A program made the translations under genes and the position numbers. DNA of 64,000 nucleotides from Candidatus Delongbacteria bacterium (GTDB lineage Bacteria; CAIWAD01), in assembly GCA_963663545.1 (NCBI GenBank), contig OY760505.1, positions 1,984,001 to 2,048,000 of the forward strand, given 5' to 3'. Positions 38,959 through 49,222 of the stretch are shown piece after piece (positions within the stretch are counted from its first letter, which is position 1; each line of letters begins with the position of its first letter). Under the pieces are notes generated by a model. The model ran no database searches and had not been told where the DNA came from. It worked only from the letters and a program-made list of their open reading frames with translations.

Positions 38959-40053
38959 ATGGTGTCACAACTCCTGCAGGAGTTTGAGCTATTGGCCATG
39001 GACCGCTGCCTGGAGCTGGCAGCCAGAGGACGCGGCGAGGTCGAGCCGAATCCGCTTGTAGGCGCAGTGCTTTTGCGCGATGAAGAAATTCGCGCAGAAG
39101 GCTGGCATCAGCACTTCGGCTGCGAGCACGCCGAGGTCAACTGCCTTTCGGGGCGCTCTGACGAACTGGTTCGCGGCGCGACGCTTGTGGTCAACCTGGA
39201 GCCTTGTTCGCATCACGGCAAAACGCCGCCCTGTGCGGATCTGCTGATCCAGCGTGGCATTGCTCGTGTTATTGTTGGCATGCAGGACCCGAATCCACTA
39301 GTGGCTGGGCAAGGTCTGACACGGCTGCAAGAGGCTGGCATTGAGGTCCTTTGCGGTGTTCGCGAGCAGGAGTGTCGACGGTTGAACCGCAACTTCATCA
39401 CGGCTCAGCTAGAAGGTCGCCCCCGTGTTACGCTGAAATGGGCACAGAGCCTGGACGGGCGTGTGTCACGATCCAGAACGGAGCCTACCTCCATTAGCTG
39501 CGAGGCCAGTAACAGAGCCGTGCATCAGTTGCGCACTGAGCATCCAGCGATTCTGGTTGGGCTTCGAACAGTGCGCGTGGACAACCCGCTGCTGAATGTG
39601 CGCCATGTTGAAGGCCCTACTCCTACTCCCTGTGTACTGGACCCTTTGCTGCGGATTCCTTTAATGAGCAGTCTGGTTGCATCAGCATACAATCAAGGTT
39701 TGTTCGTGTATCACAGCTCCCCGCAGAAGACGGCGCGTCTGAATGCGTTGCGCGAGCGGCATGTGATCTGTATCGAAACGCCGTGTGTGGACGGGCAGCT
39801 GGATCTGGCCTTTGTGTTGCGGGACTTGCTCTTGCACGGTCGCAATGGGCTGCTGGTCGAGGGCGGACCTTACACGCACAATCGCTTTCTGGAAGCCGGA
39901 CTCGTTGACGAGGTGGTCTGTATCACATCGCCACAGGTGTTTGGCACCGGTCCTCGCGCATTGGATCGTGTAAACGCTGCTTCGGAGATGAAGCTCTTGG
40001 ATGTGACACAAGTCGGCGAGGACTGCTGGATGAGACTGGAGCCGAAGGAGTAG
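38959..40053 (+). CDS. ribD: Riboflavin deaminase/reductase
   Basis: PNPLVGAV, HAE, LEPCSHHGKTPPC, KWAQSLDG, VEGG. Confidence 0.95.
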   Translation: MVSQLLQEFELLAMDRCLELAARGRGEVEPNPLVGAVLLRDEEIRAEGWHQHFGCEHAEVNCLSGRSDELVRGATLVVNLEPCSHHGKTPPCADLLIQRGIARVIVGMQDPNPLVAGQGLTRLQEAGIEVLCGVREQECRRLNRNFITAQLEGRPRVTLKWAQSLDGRVSRSRTEPTSISCEASNRAVHQLRTEHPAILVGLRTVRVDNPLLNVRHVEGPTPTPCVLDPLLRIPLMSSLVASAYNQGLFVYHSSPQKTARLNALRERHVICIETPCVDGQLDLAFVLRDLLLHGRNGLLVEGGPYTHNRFLEAGLVDEVVCITSPQVFGTGPRALDRVNAASEMKLLDVTQVGEDCWMRLEPKE

Positions 40054-40054
40054 C

Positions 40055-40717
40055 ATGTTCACTGGAATCGTTGAGGAACAAGGCCGTGTGCTTGATGTGA
40101 GACAGCAGGGCCAGGGGCGCATCTTCCGGTTTTCGGCCAGCCGCATTCTTGACGACCTGAAGGCTGAAGATAGCGTCGCTGTCAACGGTGTGTGTCTCAC
40201 GGCAACCAAAGCCGGTGAAGGTTTTCAGGCGACGGCGGTAGGTGAAACCCTGTCCAAGACCACGCTGGCCTCGTTGCGCGTCGGACAAACGGTCAACCTG
40301 GAACGAGCCATGTTGCCCTCAACACGCATGGGTGGCCACATCGTTCAGGGGCACGTAGATTGTGTCGGACGTATCACGGGCATTCATGATGCAGATCCCG
40401 GTGTTCAGCTGGAAGTGGAGTTTGATCGCACTTTCCTGCGCTACGTAGCACGCACGGGTTCGGTGTGCGTAAGCGGCGTCAGCCTGACTGTTGCGCGAGA
40501 GGCGGAAGACCTGGGGGCAAGGGGGCGTTTTCGTGTTGCTCTTGTACCCTGGACGTTGGAACACACGACTCTCGGCGACGTGCGAACAGGTGATACCGTC
40601 AACCTCGAATTTGACTGCCTGGCGAAGTACGTCGAGCAGTTGTTGCAATACAGGGGGGAAGCCACCCCCGGCAGCGGCGGGTTAAGTGCCGAGCGGCTGC
40701 GTGAACTAGGTTTCTGA
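40055..40717 (+). CDS. ribE: Riboflavin synthase
   Basis: [24 protein letters not shown]. Confidence 0.96.
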   Translation: MFTGIVEEQGRVLDVRQQGQGRIFRFSASRILDDLKAEDSVAVNGVCLTATKAGEGFQATAVGETLSKTTLASLRVGQTVNLERAMLPSTRMGGHIVQGHVDCVGRITGIHDADPGVQLEVEFDRTFLRYVARTGSVCVSGVSLTVAREAEDLGARGRFRVALVPWTLEHTTLGDVRTGDTVNLEFDCLAKYVEQLLQYRGEATPGSGGLSAERLRELGF

Positions 40718-40727
40718 AGGAACGAAC

Positions 40728-41942
40728 ATGTGTAAGTCAGAACAACTCTTCGATACAATCGACGATGCGCTACAGGCCATTGCCCAAGGCGAGATCATCA
40801 TTGTCGTAGATGATGCGGATCGCGAGAACGAGGGCGATTTCATCATGGCCGCCGATCTGGTCACGCCCGAGAAGATCAATTTCATGGCGAAGTATGGTCG
40901 CGGCATGATTTGCGTTCCGCTAACGCGTGAGCGCTGCCGTGAGCTGGATCTGGATCTGATGGTGCGCAACAACACAGCCCGCCTGAGCACGGCCTTCACC
41001 GTCAGTGTGGATGTGCTGGAAGGAACGACAACGGGCATCAGCGCTGCCGATCGTGCGCTAACGGTGCAGGCCTTGGTGAATCCGGAGACCAAGCCGGAAG
41101 AGCTTGGGCGCCCCGGACATATCCATCCGCTTATTGCGCAAAGGGGCGGCGTGTTACAAAGGACGGGCCATACCGAGGCGGCTGTGGACCTGGCGCAATT
41201 GGCCGGACGTGCACCAGCAGGCCTGCTGTGCGAGATCATGAACGATGACGGCACCATGGCACGGGTTCCGGATCTGATCAAGGTGCGCGACGAGTTCGGC
41301 CTGAAGATGATCACTATCGAAGAGCTGGTGAACTGGCGCAACACGCGTGAGACGCAGGTTACGCGACGTGTCACGGTCAACATGCCGACGGCCTTTGGTG
41401 ACTTCAAACTGACCCACTTCTACTCTCCGGTAGACAAGCGCGATCATCTGGCCTTGGTCTATGGCGATTTGAGTGGTGACGAGCCGGTGCTGGTACGCGT
41501 ACACAGCGAATGTCTCACGGGTGACGCCTTGCACAGTCTGCGCTGCGATTGTGGTCAGCAGCTGGAAGAGGCAATGCAGTTGGTCGTGGAAGAAGGCCGT
41601 GGTGTGATCCTTTACATGCGACAGGAAGGTCGTGGCATCGGGCTCGCCAACAAGCTGAAGGCCTACGAGTTGCAGGATCACGGAGCGGATACGGTTGAGG
41701 CCAATGAGCGACTGGGATTTCCCGCTGATCTGCGTAACTATGGCATTGGCGCGCAAATCTTGCGGGAGCTGGGGGTCGAGCGCATTCGCCTGCTGACAAA
41801 CAACCCGCGCAAACTCGTGGGCCTCAAGGGCTTTGGCCTGGAGGTGGTTGAGCGCGTACCGCTGGAGTTGCCGGCAAACCCGAACAACGAGCGCTACCTG
41901 CGCACGAAGAGGGCCAAGCTTGGACATATGCTGAATCTATAG
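40728..41942 (+). CDS. ribBA: Bifunctional DHBP synthase / GTP cyclohydrolase II
   Basis: [37 protein letters not shown]. Confidence 0.96.
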   Translation: MCKSEQLFDTIDDALQAIAQGEIIIVVDDADRENEGDFIMAADLVTPEKINFMAKYGRGMICVPLTRERCRELDLDLMVRNNTARLSTAFTVSVDVLEGTTTGISAADRALTVQALVNPETKPEELGRPGHIHPLIAQRGGVLQRTGHTEAAVDLAQLAGRAPAGLLCEIMNDDGTMARVPDLIKVRDEFGLKMITIEELVNWRNTRETQVTRRVTVNMPTAFGDFKLTHFYSPVDKRDHLALVYGDLSGDEPVLVRVHSECLTGDALHSLRCDCGQQLEEAMQLVVEEGRGVILYMRQEGRGIGLANKLKAYELQDHGADTVEANERLGFPADLRNYGIGAQILRELGVERIRLLTNNPRKLVGLKGFGLEVVERVPLELPANPNNERYLRTKRAKLGHMLNL

Positions 41943-41963
41943 CTGATACCGAAAGGGATCGTC

Positions 41964-42425
41964 ATGAAAGAGATCAACGGTCAACTGAACGCTGCGGACA
42001 AACGCTTCACCATTGTGTTGGCGCGCTTCAATGACTTCATCGGACAAAAACTGCTCGATGGTGCTGTGGATTGTATCACGCGGCATGGTGGCAGCACAGA
42101 GAACATAACCGTAGTGCGGGTTCCTGGTGCGTTTGAGATTCCGCTTGCTGCTGCCAAGGTCGCCGCGGGTGGGAATGTGGACGCGATCATTTGTCTTGGT
42201 GCGGTGATACGCGGAGCTACGCCGCATTTCGATTATGTTGCAGCAGAGTCGAGTAAAGGTGTGGCCCACGTTATGCTGCAGTACAGCCTGCCGCTGTCTT
42301 ATGGTATTCTTACTACTGACACGATCGAACAGGCAGTGGAACGCGCCGGAACCAAGGCTGGCAACAAGGGCTGGGATGCCGCTCTGGGTGCCATTGAAAT
42401 GGCCGACCTTTTCACCCGAATCTAA
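41964..42425 (+). CDS. ribH: 6,7-dimethyl-8-ribityllumazine synthase
   Basis: [26 protein letters not shown]. Confidence 0.96.
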   Translation: MKEINGQLNAADKRFTIVLARFNDFIGQKLLDGAVDCITRHGGSTENITVVRVPGAFEIPLAAAKVAAGGNVDAIICLGAVIRGATPHFDYVAAESSKGVAHVMLQYSLPLSYGILTTDTIEQAVERAGTKAGNKGWDAALGAIEMADLFTRI

Positions 42426-42446
42426 TCCAGGAATCGAGGGGATATC

Positions 42447-44891
42447 ATGCACTGTGTCACGACGGGCATGCTTGCATTGGCCTTCGCGCTAACTGCCGGA
42501 GCCGCGCAGTGGACTCATTACACAGATTATACCGATGCGACAGCGATGCTGAGTCTGGATGGCGTGATACTGGGGGCATCAACAAGAGGTGCCTTTCAGT
42601 ACGACCCGCAGCGCAACGAGTGGAAACACTGGTCGTTGTTGGAAGGCCTGCTGTCGGTGCCGCAGCGTGATATTGCCACGGACGATGCTGGACATGTTTT
42701 TTGGCTTGGAGAGGATGGTTCGCTATCGACGTGGATTCCGGCGAGCGGCGAGTGGTCCAAAGGCAACCTGGAGTTTCGCGACAACGAAGACATCACAGAG
42801 GTCTACAGCATCTGGGGAGGCGACGATCGCCTTATCGTGTCACATAGTACCGGCTTGAGTGTCCTGCGCTATTTGGAAGAGAACGACGAGTATCTCGTTG
42901 AGAACAATCTGCACAGAATCGGTGACACAGCGGCACATTCGCCCGTTTATGCCGCCGCAACCTGCGGAGATTTCTGCCTGGCGGTAACTGTTAACGGAGT
43001 GTATTACGCGAGGGCCTGGAGTGCCATTCCAGATGACTGGAGTACTGCGCATCTACCGGAACCGCTGAGCGCTGTTGTAGAAGCTGAGATTGTCAGCCTT
43101 GAGACAGAAGACGCATCGCAGCAGCTTGTGATACGATTGCTGGACCAAGAGGACAACGGCGCCCTCCTGCTGTTTGATGGCAACGCACTTCACACGGTTC
43201 CGGCTCCTGCTGGTGCGTGGAATAAAATCGCGTCTCTTTGTGATGGCGACGATAGCGGCGAGTACTGGGTGGCTTTGCGTGATACAACCATAGTAAACGG
43301 AAGCGCGAGCAGTAATCAGTCCGTGATGTACGGGTTCATGGGCGCGTCTTCTTGGGCGTCACAGGAGCGAACCCTGATTTCGCGGCGTCTGGCCAGTGTG
43401 ACACTGCTCGGCAATGGTGCCGAGCCGGATCCTTGGGTGATGACACGGCCCAGCTCCTACATGGGCGGTCTTTCGAATTGCGGTAGTGGCGATCCGGAGG
43501 AAGTCTTCAGTCCCAATCTGCCAGGAGCCGAGGAGTTCGTTGATCTTGCGATTGGACCCGATGGGAGCCTGTGGACGGTGGGCGTGGCAGCAGACACGAA
43601 GCGCTCCGGTGCCTATCAACTGAAGGATGGGATTTGGACCGCATGGCGCTTTCCTGGAGAGTACTTCGGCAACTACCCCACATGCGTAGAGCCAGACGCC
43701 CATGGTGGCTTCTGGATGGGCACTTGGGGGCGTGGCGTGTTACGAGCCGACATCGAAACAGGGGAGTATGAGTGGTTCCGGGGTGATACAGATGCAAGGC
43801 ACAAACTCGTTGGCTTCAGCTCCAGTGGAAATGATACGAGCTACGCACTGGTAACGGATTTGATGGAAGACCACGATGGAAACATGTGGATCGTCAATCA
43901 TCGGGCCTACAACGACTCTTGTCTTGTTGCCGTACCCGCAGAGTGGTACGACGATCCCGAGCTCCCCTTCTACCGCTTCCATTACGAGCAGGGAAGTACA
44001 ACGGAGGGGATTTACCCCGCCTATCTTGCCACAGAAAGAAGCGGTAGTATTTGGGCCGGTGTCGGAGGCAAAGAAGCGCACGACACCAGCAAGCGACTCT
44101 TGCGCTTGTACGACGTCAGGGCAGATGTATCACGGCTTTCTTCCTGGTCGCTGGAGGACCTGCAACTGTCCGATGTCTTGTACAACTACGGCCTCGGTGA
44201 TTCGCCGGGGTTGATAACCGCAATCGAAGTCGATCAGGAGAGCGGTATTTGGGTGTCGACGAGTGATGGCGTGTATTACGGCGGAGTCTACAGCGGCAGC
44301 ATTCAGTTCAGTCGACTTCAATATGTGGCCGGGCAGATCAGCGAGAACGTTGATTGCATTGCGGTGGATGCACGCAATCGGGTGTGGCTTGGCTCCAGTC
44401 TTGGCCTGAACGTTTACCTGCAGCAGGAAATCATGTTTGATGAACCGGAGGTGGCCGAGGTTTTCAACGAGATGATCCGCTACCAGGAAAGCCTTCGTGT
44501 GAATCGCGTTTTGATCGAGCAGGATTCGGGCACGCTTTGGGTCGCAACCAACTACGGCATCTTCTGCTGCGAGGGCGCCGTTGCCAACTTGGGGAGCTCG
44601 CCGGCGAGTGAGACGCTCCACGTTTACCCCAACCCCTTCCGCCCCGAGGGGGGGGGCTTGGCCAGCGAACAGCCTCGCATGCGTGTTCTGCAAGACGGGC
44701 TGGCGAATACTTCCCACGTCGCCATCTACGACATGAACGGCATCTTCGTCCGCGAGTTCAGTCTGCGCGAGATTGAAGACGGCTGGGATGGCAGAAACGC
44801 CGACGGCGAATTTGTATCACCTGGCGTGTATCTGATTGTGGCAAATGGTGACGGATCGAATTCCCGTGGCAAAGTGGTAGTGATACGATAA
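42447..44891 (+). CDS. PorZ-like beta-propeller protein with Por/FlgD-type CTD
   Basis: Signal peptide, W.HY start, repeated D..G..W propeller blades, VYPNPF...WDGRNADGEFVSPGVY...GKVVVIR. Confidence 0.7.
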   Translation: MHCVTTGMLALAFALTAGAAQWTHYTDYTDATAMLSLDGVILGASTRGAFQYDPQRNEWKHWSLLEGLLSVPQRDIATDDAGHVFWLGEDGSLSTWIPASGEWSKGNLEFRDNEDITEVYSIWGGDDRLIVSHSTGLSVLRYLEENDEYLVENNLHRIGDTAAHSPVYAAATCGDFCLAVTVNGVYYARAWSAIPDDWSTAHLPEPLSAVVEAEIVSLETEDASQQLVIRLLDQEDNGALLLFDGNALHTVPAPAGAWNKIASLCDGDDSGEYWVALRDTTIVNGSASSNQSVMYGFMGASSWASQERTLISRRLASVTLLGNGAEPDPWVMTRPSSYMGGLSNCGSGDPEEVFSPNLPGAEEFVDLAIGPDGSLWTVGVAADTKRSGAYQLKDGIWTAWRFPGEYFGNYPTCVEPDAHGGFWMGTWGRGVLRADIETGEYEWFRGDTDARHKLVGFSSSGNDTSYALVTDLMEDHDGNMWIVNHRAYNDSCLVAVPAEWYDDPELPFYRFHYEQGSTTEGIYPAYLATERSGSIWAGVGGKEAHDTSKRLLRLYDVRADVSRLSSWSLEDLQLSDVLYNYGLGDSPGLITAIEVDQESGIWVSTSDGVYYGGVYSGSIQFSRLQYVAGQISENVDCIAVDARNRVWLGSSLGLNVYLQQEIMFDEPEVAEVFNEMIRYQESLRVNRVLIEQDSGTLWVATNYGIFCCEGAVANLGSSPASETLHVYPNPFRPEGGGLASEQPRMRVLQDGLANTSHVAIYDMNGIFVREFSLREIEDGWDGRNADGEFVSPGVYLIVANGDGSNSRGKVVVIR

Positions 44892-44894
44892 CCC

Positions 44895-46565
44895 ATGCTT
44901 ACACGTCTGAGTATCAGCAACTTCGCGCTGATCCGCGAACTCGAGCTTTCATTTGCCTCTGGCTTTCATGCAGTAACCGGTGAGACCGGGGCCGGTAAAT
45001 CAATGCTCCTGGGGGCTGTTGCAGCGACCCTGGGATCAAGGATTCATCGCGAAATGCTCCACGATGGCGTGTCCACCAGCCTTAGTTGCACGTTCAGCCA
45101 TGTACCTGGCCTTCAGCTCAACGACGTTTGCATTGATGTCAACGAGGATCTCGTTGTATCACGAGAAATCAGTCCGGGAGGGCGAAGCCGACACATCGTC
45201 AACGGGCAGGTGGTAACACAGAAGCAGCTGCGCGAACTGGCTTCGGTGTTGGTGGATTTTCACGGACAGCGCGATTTGGCCCGGCTACTCGATCGCTTGC
45301 AGCACGCAGACCTCTTTGACGCATTGCCCGAACTCGCCCCCATCCGCGTGTTACACGACGATTGTTGGCGAAAATGGCGGGAGTTGGATGAGGAGGTACG
45401 ATCTCTGGAACGGGCCTGTGCTCGAGAGCGAGAAATGCGTGAACTCTGGGCTTTTCAGAGCGAAGAGCTGGCAGCCCTGAATGCAGAAGAGGGCGAGGAC
45501 GACCGCTTGGCGGCTGAGCATTCTGTGCTGGCGAATGCCGAAGAGATCAAGGGCTTGTGTTACGGCCTAGCTGATCAACTCTATGAGGGTGATGAAAACC
45601 TGCACAACCAGCTGGCGCGTTGCCGGCAGCAGTTGGAGCATGTGATACGTCACGATGCTTCGCTGACCGATCCGGCGCGAATGCTCGACGATGCGCTGTT
45701 GGCCGTGCAGGAGGCTGCAGCCAGCTTGGGTGCGCGCGCTGAGCAGGTGGAGTGGGACCCGGAGCGATTGGCCATTGTTCGCGAACGACTCGAGCTTCTG
45801 CATCGCATGAGCCGCAAGTATGGTGGCAGCCTGGATTCGCTTCTGAAGCAACAGCAGCAGATCGAAGAGGCGCTTGCTGGCGGCACACGCCTGGAGGAGA
45901 AGCTCGCCCTGTGTCAGCGCAAACGCGAAGAGGCGCAGCGAGAGCTGGAGCGTGTGCGACATCAGTTGAGTAACCAGCGTGCGGCAAAGGCCATTGTTTT
46001 GACGGCCAATCTGTTGCCGTTGATGGAGGAGCTTGGGATTCTGGGCGGTCGCTTCGAGGTCGTGCTTGAGGAAACATCGGCCTTCGATCCCATTGGCGCT
46101 GAGCGACCCTGCTTCTACATTTCGACCAATCCCGACACTCCGCTGGGACCTCTGGAGCAGATCGCATCGGGTGGCGAGTTGTCGCGCGTGATGCTCGCAC
46201 TAAAGGTGCTGCTCCTCGCGGATCGCCGCGGGCACTGCCTGATTTTCGACGAGATCGATGCTGGTCTTTCTGGTCGCGCGGCGCTGGCTACAGCGGGTTT
46301 GTTGCGCAAACTTGCGCAACGTCATCAGCTAATTTGTATCACGCATCTTCCGCAGATTGCTGCCGCAGCAAGCGTTCATCTTGAGGTGGAAAAGACTCAG
46401 CAAAACGGGCGCACTTCGGTTTCCGTGACACAGCTGAGCGACGAGGGGCGACAAATGGCGATTGCACGCCTGCAATCTGGTGCCGGTGGAAGCCAGGAAT
46501 TGGCTGCAGCAGCCGGACTCCTTCGACGGTTGCATCAGGACCCTGCTTCCAGGAGTGATTCATGA
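44895..46565 (+). CDS. recN: DNA repair protein RecN
   Basis: TGETGAGKS, DFHGQ, ASGGELSRVML, FDEIDAG, ITHLPQIAA. Confidence 0.95.
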   Translation: MLTRLSISNFALIRELELSFASGFHAVTGETGAGKSMLLGAVAATLGSRIHREMLHDGVSTSLSCTFSHVPGLQLNDVCIDVNEDLVVSREISPGGRSRHIVNGQVVTQKQLRELASVLVDFHGQRDLARLLDRLQHADLFDALPELAPIRVLHDDCWRKWRELDEEVRSLERACAREREMRELWAFQSEELAALNAEEGEDDRLAAEHSVLANAEEIKGLCYGLADQLYEGDENLHNQLARCRQQLEHVIRHDASLTDPARMLDDALLAVQEAAASLGARAEQVEWDPERLAIVRERLELLHRMSRKYGGSLDSLLKQQQQIEEALAGGTRLEEKLALCQRKREEAQRELERVRHQLSNQRAAKAIVLTANLLPLMEELGILGGRFEVVLEETSAFDPIGAERPCFYISTNPDTPLGPLEQIASGGELSRVMLALKVLLLADRRGHCLIFDEIDAGLSGRAALATAGLLRKLAQRHQLICITHLPQIAAAASVHLEVEKTQQNGRTSVSVTQLSDEGRQMAIARLQSGAGGSQELAAAAGLLRRLHQDPASRSDS

Positions 46566-47548
46566 CGCTGTTGTTGCTTGCGCTGCTACTGATGACTCAA
46601 TCCGTGTTTGCACTACAACTCGTTTCGTCGGCCTTTCCCGATGGGGGAGTCATTCCCGGTCGTTACACCTGCGAGGGCCAGGGCGAGATGGTTCCCCTTT
46701 CCTGGAGCGCCCCTCCCGAGGGCACCAAGAGTCTGGTGCTGGTCATGGTGGATCCCGACGCGCCCAATCCCGCGCATCCGATCAAAGAATACGTCCACTA
46801 CCTTGCCTACAACTTACCGCCGCGTGCCGACAGCTTGAGCGAGTTCCGCACCCTCAATCGCGTGCAGCCTGGCTTGCCGGGGTTCTCCAGCACCGATTCT
46901 CCGCGCTGGGCGCCTCTTTGCCCCCCCATCGGTCGTCATCGCTACTACTTCAAGCTTTTCGCGCTGGACGCTCGCCTGATGTTCAGCACGGTTCCCCATT
47001 ACTCGGATGTCATGCGCGGTGTCGAGCTGCATAAAATCGCCGAGACCAGCCTGATGGGCACCTACCAAAAGGGCGACATCGCCCAGGAAGCCATAAAGAA
47101 GATTCCGCTTGAGAAGGCGCTTGTCGAGCTGGATCTGCTTGACGGCTACGAAGTGATGCTTAGTTATCAGGGCGCCGACATGCTAATGCCTGAGGCGCAA
47201 GAGCCGCTACATATTCTGTTGACCGATGCTGTCGCCCAGGGCGAACTGCTGGGCACCTTGCCCGTCGTTGCTTTCATTGTTGAGGTTTCCTGGGGCACGC
47301 ACACCGAGCGCGAACTAGTTCTGGCCGCGTGGGAAGAGAAGAAGCTGCACAGGATGACCAGCCTGGCCTTGAGCGATGAGCAGGTGGTTCAGCGCCTTGA
47401 CTTCATCGGCGATCTTTTACGCATATCTGTTTTCAATTACAGGCCGGATGACAAACCCGGGTTGCCCACTCAGGAAAGCCTGCGCTACTATGAGTTGCAG
47501 AACAACCAGCTCGTTGAGATACGAAGCCGACGTAAATACCTGAACTAG
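46562..47548 (+). CDS. YbhB/YbcL (PEBP/RKIP) family exported protein with C-terminal extension
   Basis: S.AF.DG..IP.RYTCEG, DPDAP, CPPIGRHRYYFKLFALD, plus about 155 extra aa. Confidence 0.8.
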   Translation: MTLLLLALLLMTQSVFALQLVSSAFPDGGVIPGRYTCEGQGEMVPLSWSAPPEGTKSLVLVMVDPDAPNPAHPIKEYVHYLAYNLPPRADSLSEFRTLNRVQPGLPGFSSTDSPRWAPLCPPIGRHRYYFKLFALDARLMFSTVPHYSDVMRGVELHKIAETSLMGTYQKGDIAQEAIKKIPLEKALVELDLLDGYEVMLSYQGADMLMPEAQEPLHILLTDAVAQGELLGTLPVVAFIVEVSWGTHTERELVLAAWEEKKLHRMTSLALSDEQVVQRLDFIGDLLRISVFNYRPDDKPGLPTQESLRYYELQNNQLVEIRSRRKYLN

Positions 47549-47746
47549 TGCCTGGTAAACGCGATATTTCTCAGCGAAATCTTATGTTCGGGTGACATTT
47601 CTTGCGCAGATGTGCGCGCCCTCACCTCAATTGGAATACGGTATTGCCGATATTCAGGAGTCGAATTCAAATTTCGGATTGACCGAAATACACCTTGGTT
47701 GTCCCCCCCCAAGGATGGGAGTGGACGGAAGAATTGTGGAGGAGGC

Positions 47747-49057
47747 ATGAAAGCCTTGAGAATTTCTCTGGCGGTCTTGTTGGCAGCGTTGACCGCGATG
47801 ACCTTTGTCGCTTGTGAAGATGATGATGACGATCCCACAACGGGATCAGTTGGAATTGTGGTGGTGGATAGCCAGTCAAACGACTACATCTCCGGTGCGA
47901 CCGTTACCCTGGGCAGCCATAGTCTGGAGACGAGTGAGATCGGTCTGGCCACGTTCTCCAATGTAGAAGCGGCGACCTACGATCTGACCGTAACCCACGC
48001 TGATTACCAGACCTGGACGGGCCAGCAGGCGGTGATCGCCGACTCCGTGAGCGCGCGTTTCGTCTCGCTGGTTCCTCTCTCCGAGGAGACCGGTTCGCTG
48101 CAGGTGACTGTGCTGAATGCCGTTGACCTGATGCCCATTGCCAACGCTATTGTTGGCGTGAACGGAAACAACGTCACCACCAATGCCCTTGGTGTTGCCA
48201 CCTTCGCGAACCTGACAGTAGGTGATGTGGATGTTAACGTCACGCACACCGATTACTTCGACTGGGCTGACACTCGCACCATTACTGCCGGCCAGACCAC
48301 TTCGGTAATCGCCGCCATGGTGGGCGAGGGCCTTTCCAGCAGCACTTGCTTCGTGATCACCGACGCCCTGACCTCCAATCCCCTTGAGGGCGCCACGGTG
48401 ATTTTGAACTTGATCAGTGAAATCACCGATGGTCAGGGCCTGGTCTGCTTCGAGGAAGTGGCCTCCGGTTACTACGACATCACTGTAATCTTGGAAGGCT
48501 TCTACACCTACACTCTTGAGCACGTGATGGTGCTTCCGGGTGTGGAGAACGACTTCAGTTACTCCCTGACTCCCAGCGATGGCATTGACTCCGACTGGCG
48601 CTTCGTGCTGACCTGGCTTGAGACGCCGCGTGATCTGGATAGCCACTTGGTTACTCCCGAGATCGATGGAACCGCCTACCATGTGTATTACGGTAATCGT
48701 GGTTCATTGGTTGAAGCGCCCTTTGACTCGCTGGATGTGGATGATGTAACCAGCTTTGGTCCTGAGACAATGACCGTAACCCAGATGTATCCAGGAACCT
48801 ACCACTACTTCATTTACAACTATAGTGGTGAGGTCGGACTGCCCGGTTGCGGCGCGCAGGTTGCCATCTACAAAGACAATCAGCTTCTGACCACCGTAAC
48901 CATCCCCTATGAGGGAGTTGAGACCCACGAATACTGGAATGTTGCCACCTTCGACAACACCGGTGAGATCACCATTATCAACCAGATTCAGGCAACCCAA
49001 CCCGCAACCATCTACTATGCAGGCCAGCCTGAAGTGATTCCTGCCAAGATGCGCTAA
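47747..49057 (+). CDS. Lipoprotein with carboxypeptidase-regulatory-like repeats and YfaP/DUF2135-like C-terminal domain
   Basis: Lipobox FVAC, three PEGA/CarboxypepD_reg-like repeats, LTW...DLDSH...LDVDD...GPE. Confidence 0.75.
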   Translation: MKALRISLAVLLAALTAMTFVACEDDDDDPTTGSVGIVVVDSQSNDYISGATVTLGSHSLETSEIGLATFSNVEAATYDLTVTHADYQTWTGQQAVIADSVSARFVSLVPLSEETGSLQVTVLNAVDLMPIANAIVGVNGNNVTTNALGVATFANLTVGDVDVNVTHTDYFDWADTRTITAGQTTSVIAAMVGEGLSSSTCFVITDALTSNPLEGATVILNLISEITDGQGLVCFEEVASGYYDITVILEGFYTYTLEHVMVLPGVENDFSYSLTPSDGIDSDWRFVLTWLETPRDLDSHLVTPEIDGTAYHVYYGNRGSLVEAPFDSLDVDDVTSFGPETMTVTQMYPGTYHYFIYNYSGEVGLPGCGAQVAIYKDNQLLTTVTIPYEGVETHEYWNVATFDNTGEITIINQIQATQPATIYYAGQPEVIPAKMR

Positions 49058-49079
49058 GCGTCTTTTCCCTGACGATTTC

Positions 49080-49112
49080 AAGCCCGGTCCGTGTGACCGG
49101 GCTTTTTGTTTT
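49080..49112 (+). terminator. Rho-independent terminator
   Basis: AAGCCCGGTC-CGTGT-GACCGGGCTT followed by a T-tract. Confidence 0.85.
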
Positions 49113-49222
49113 CCACCAACCGTCCACCGGAAAAAGGTCGCCCTTCCACCGGATTCTGAAAGCTGCACTTCCGCTGCTGCCTTCATGGCCCTATTTTGAG
49201 GGCATCAAGCCTGGGAAGAGCG

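Noticed and set aside
47631..47648. Third sigma-54 promoter upstream of the 47747 lipoprotein
   Set aside because: GG-to-GC spacing is one base too long and the -24 element is poor.
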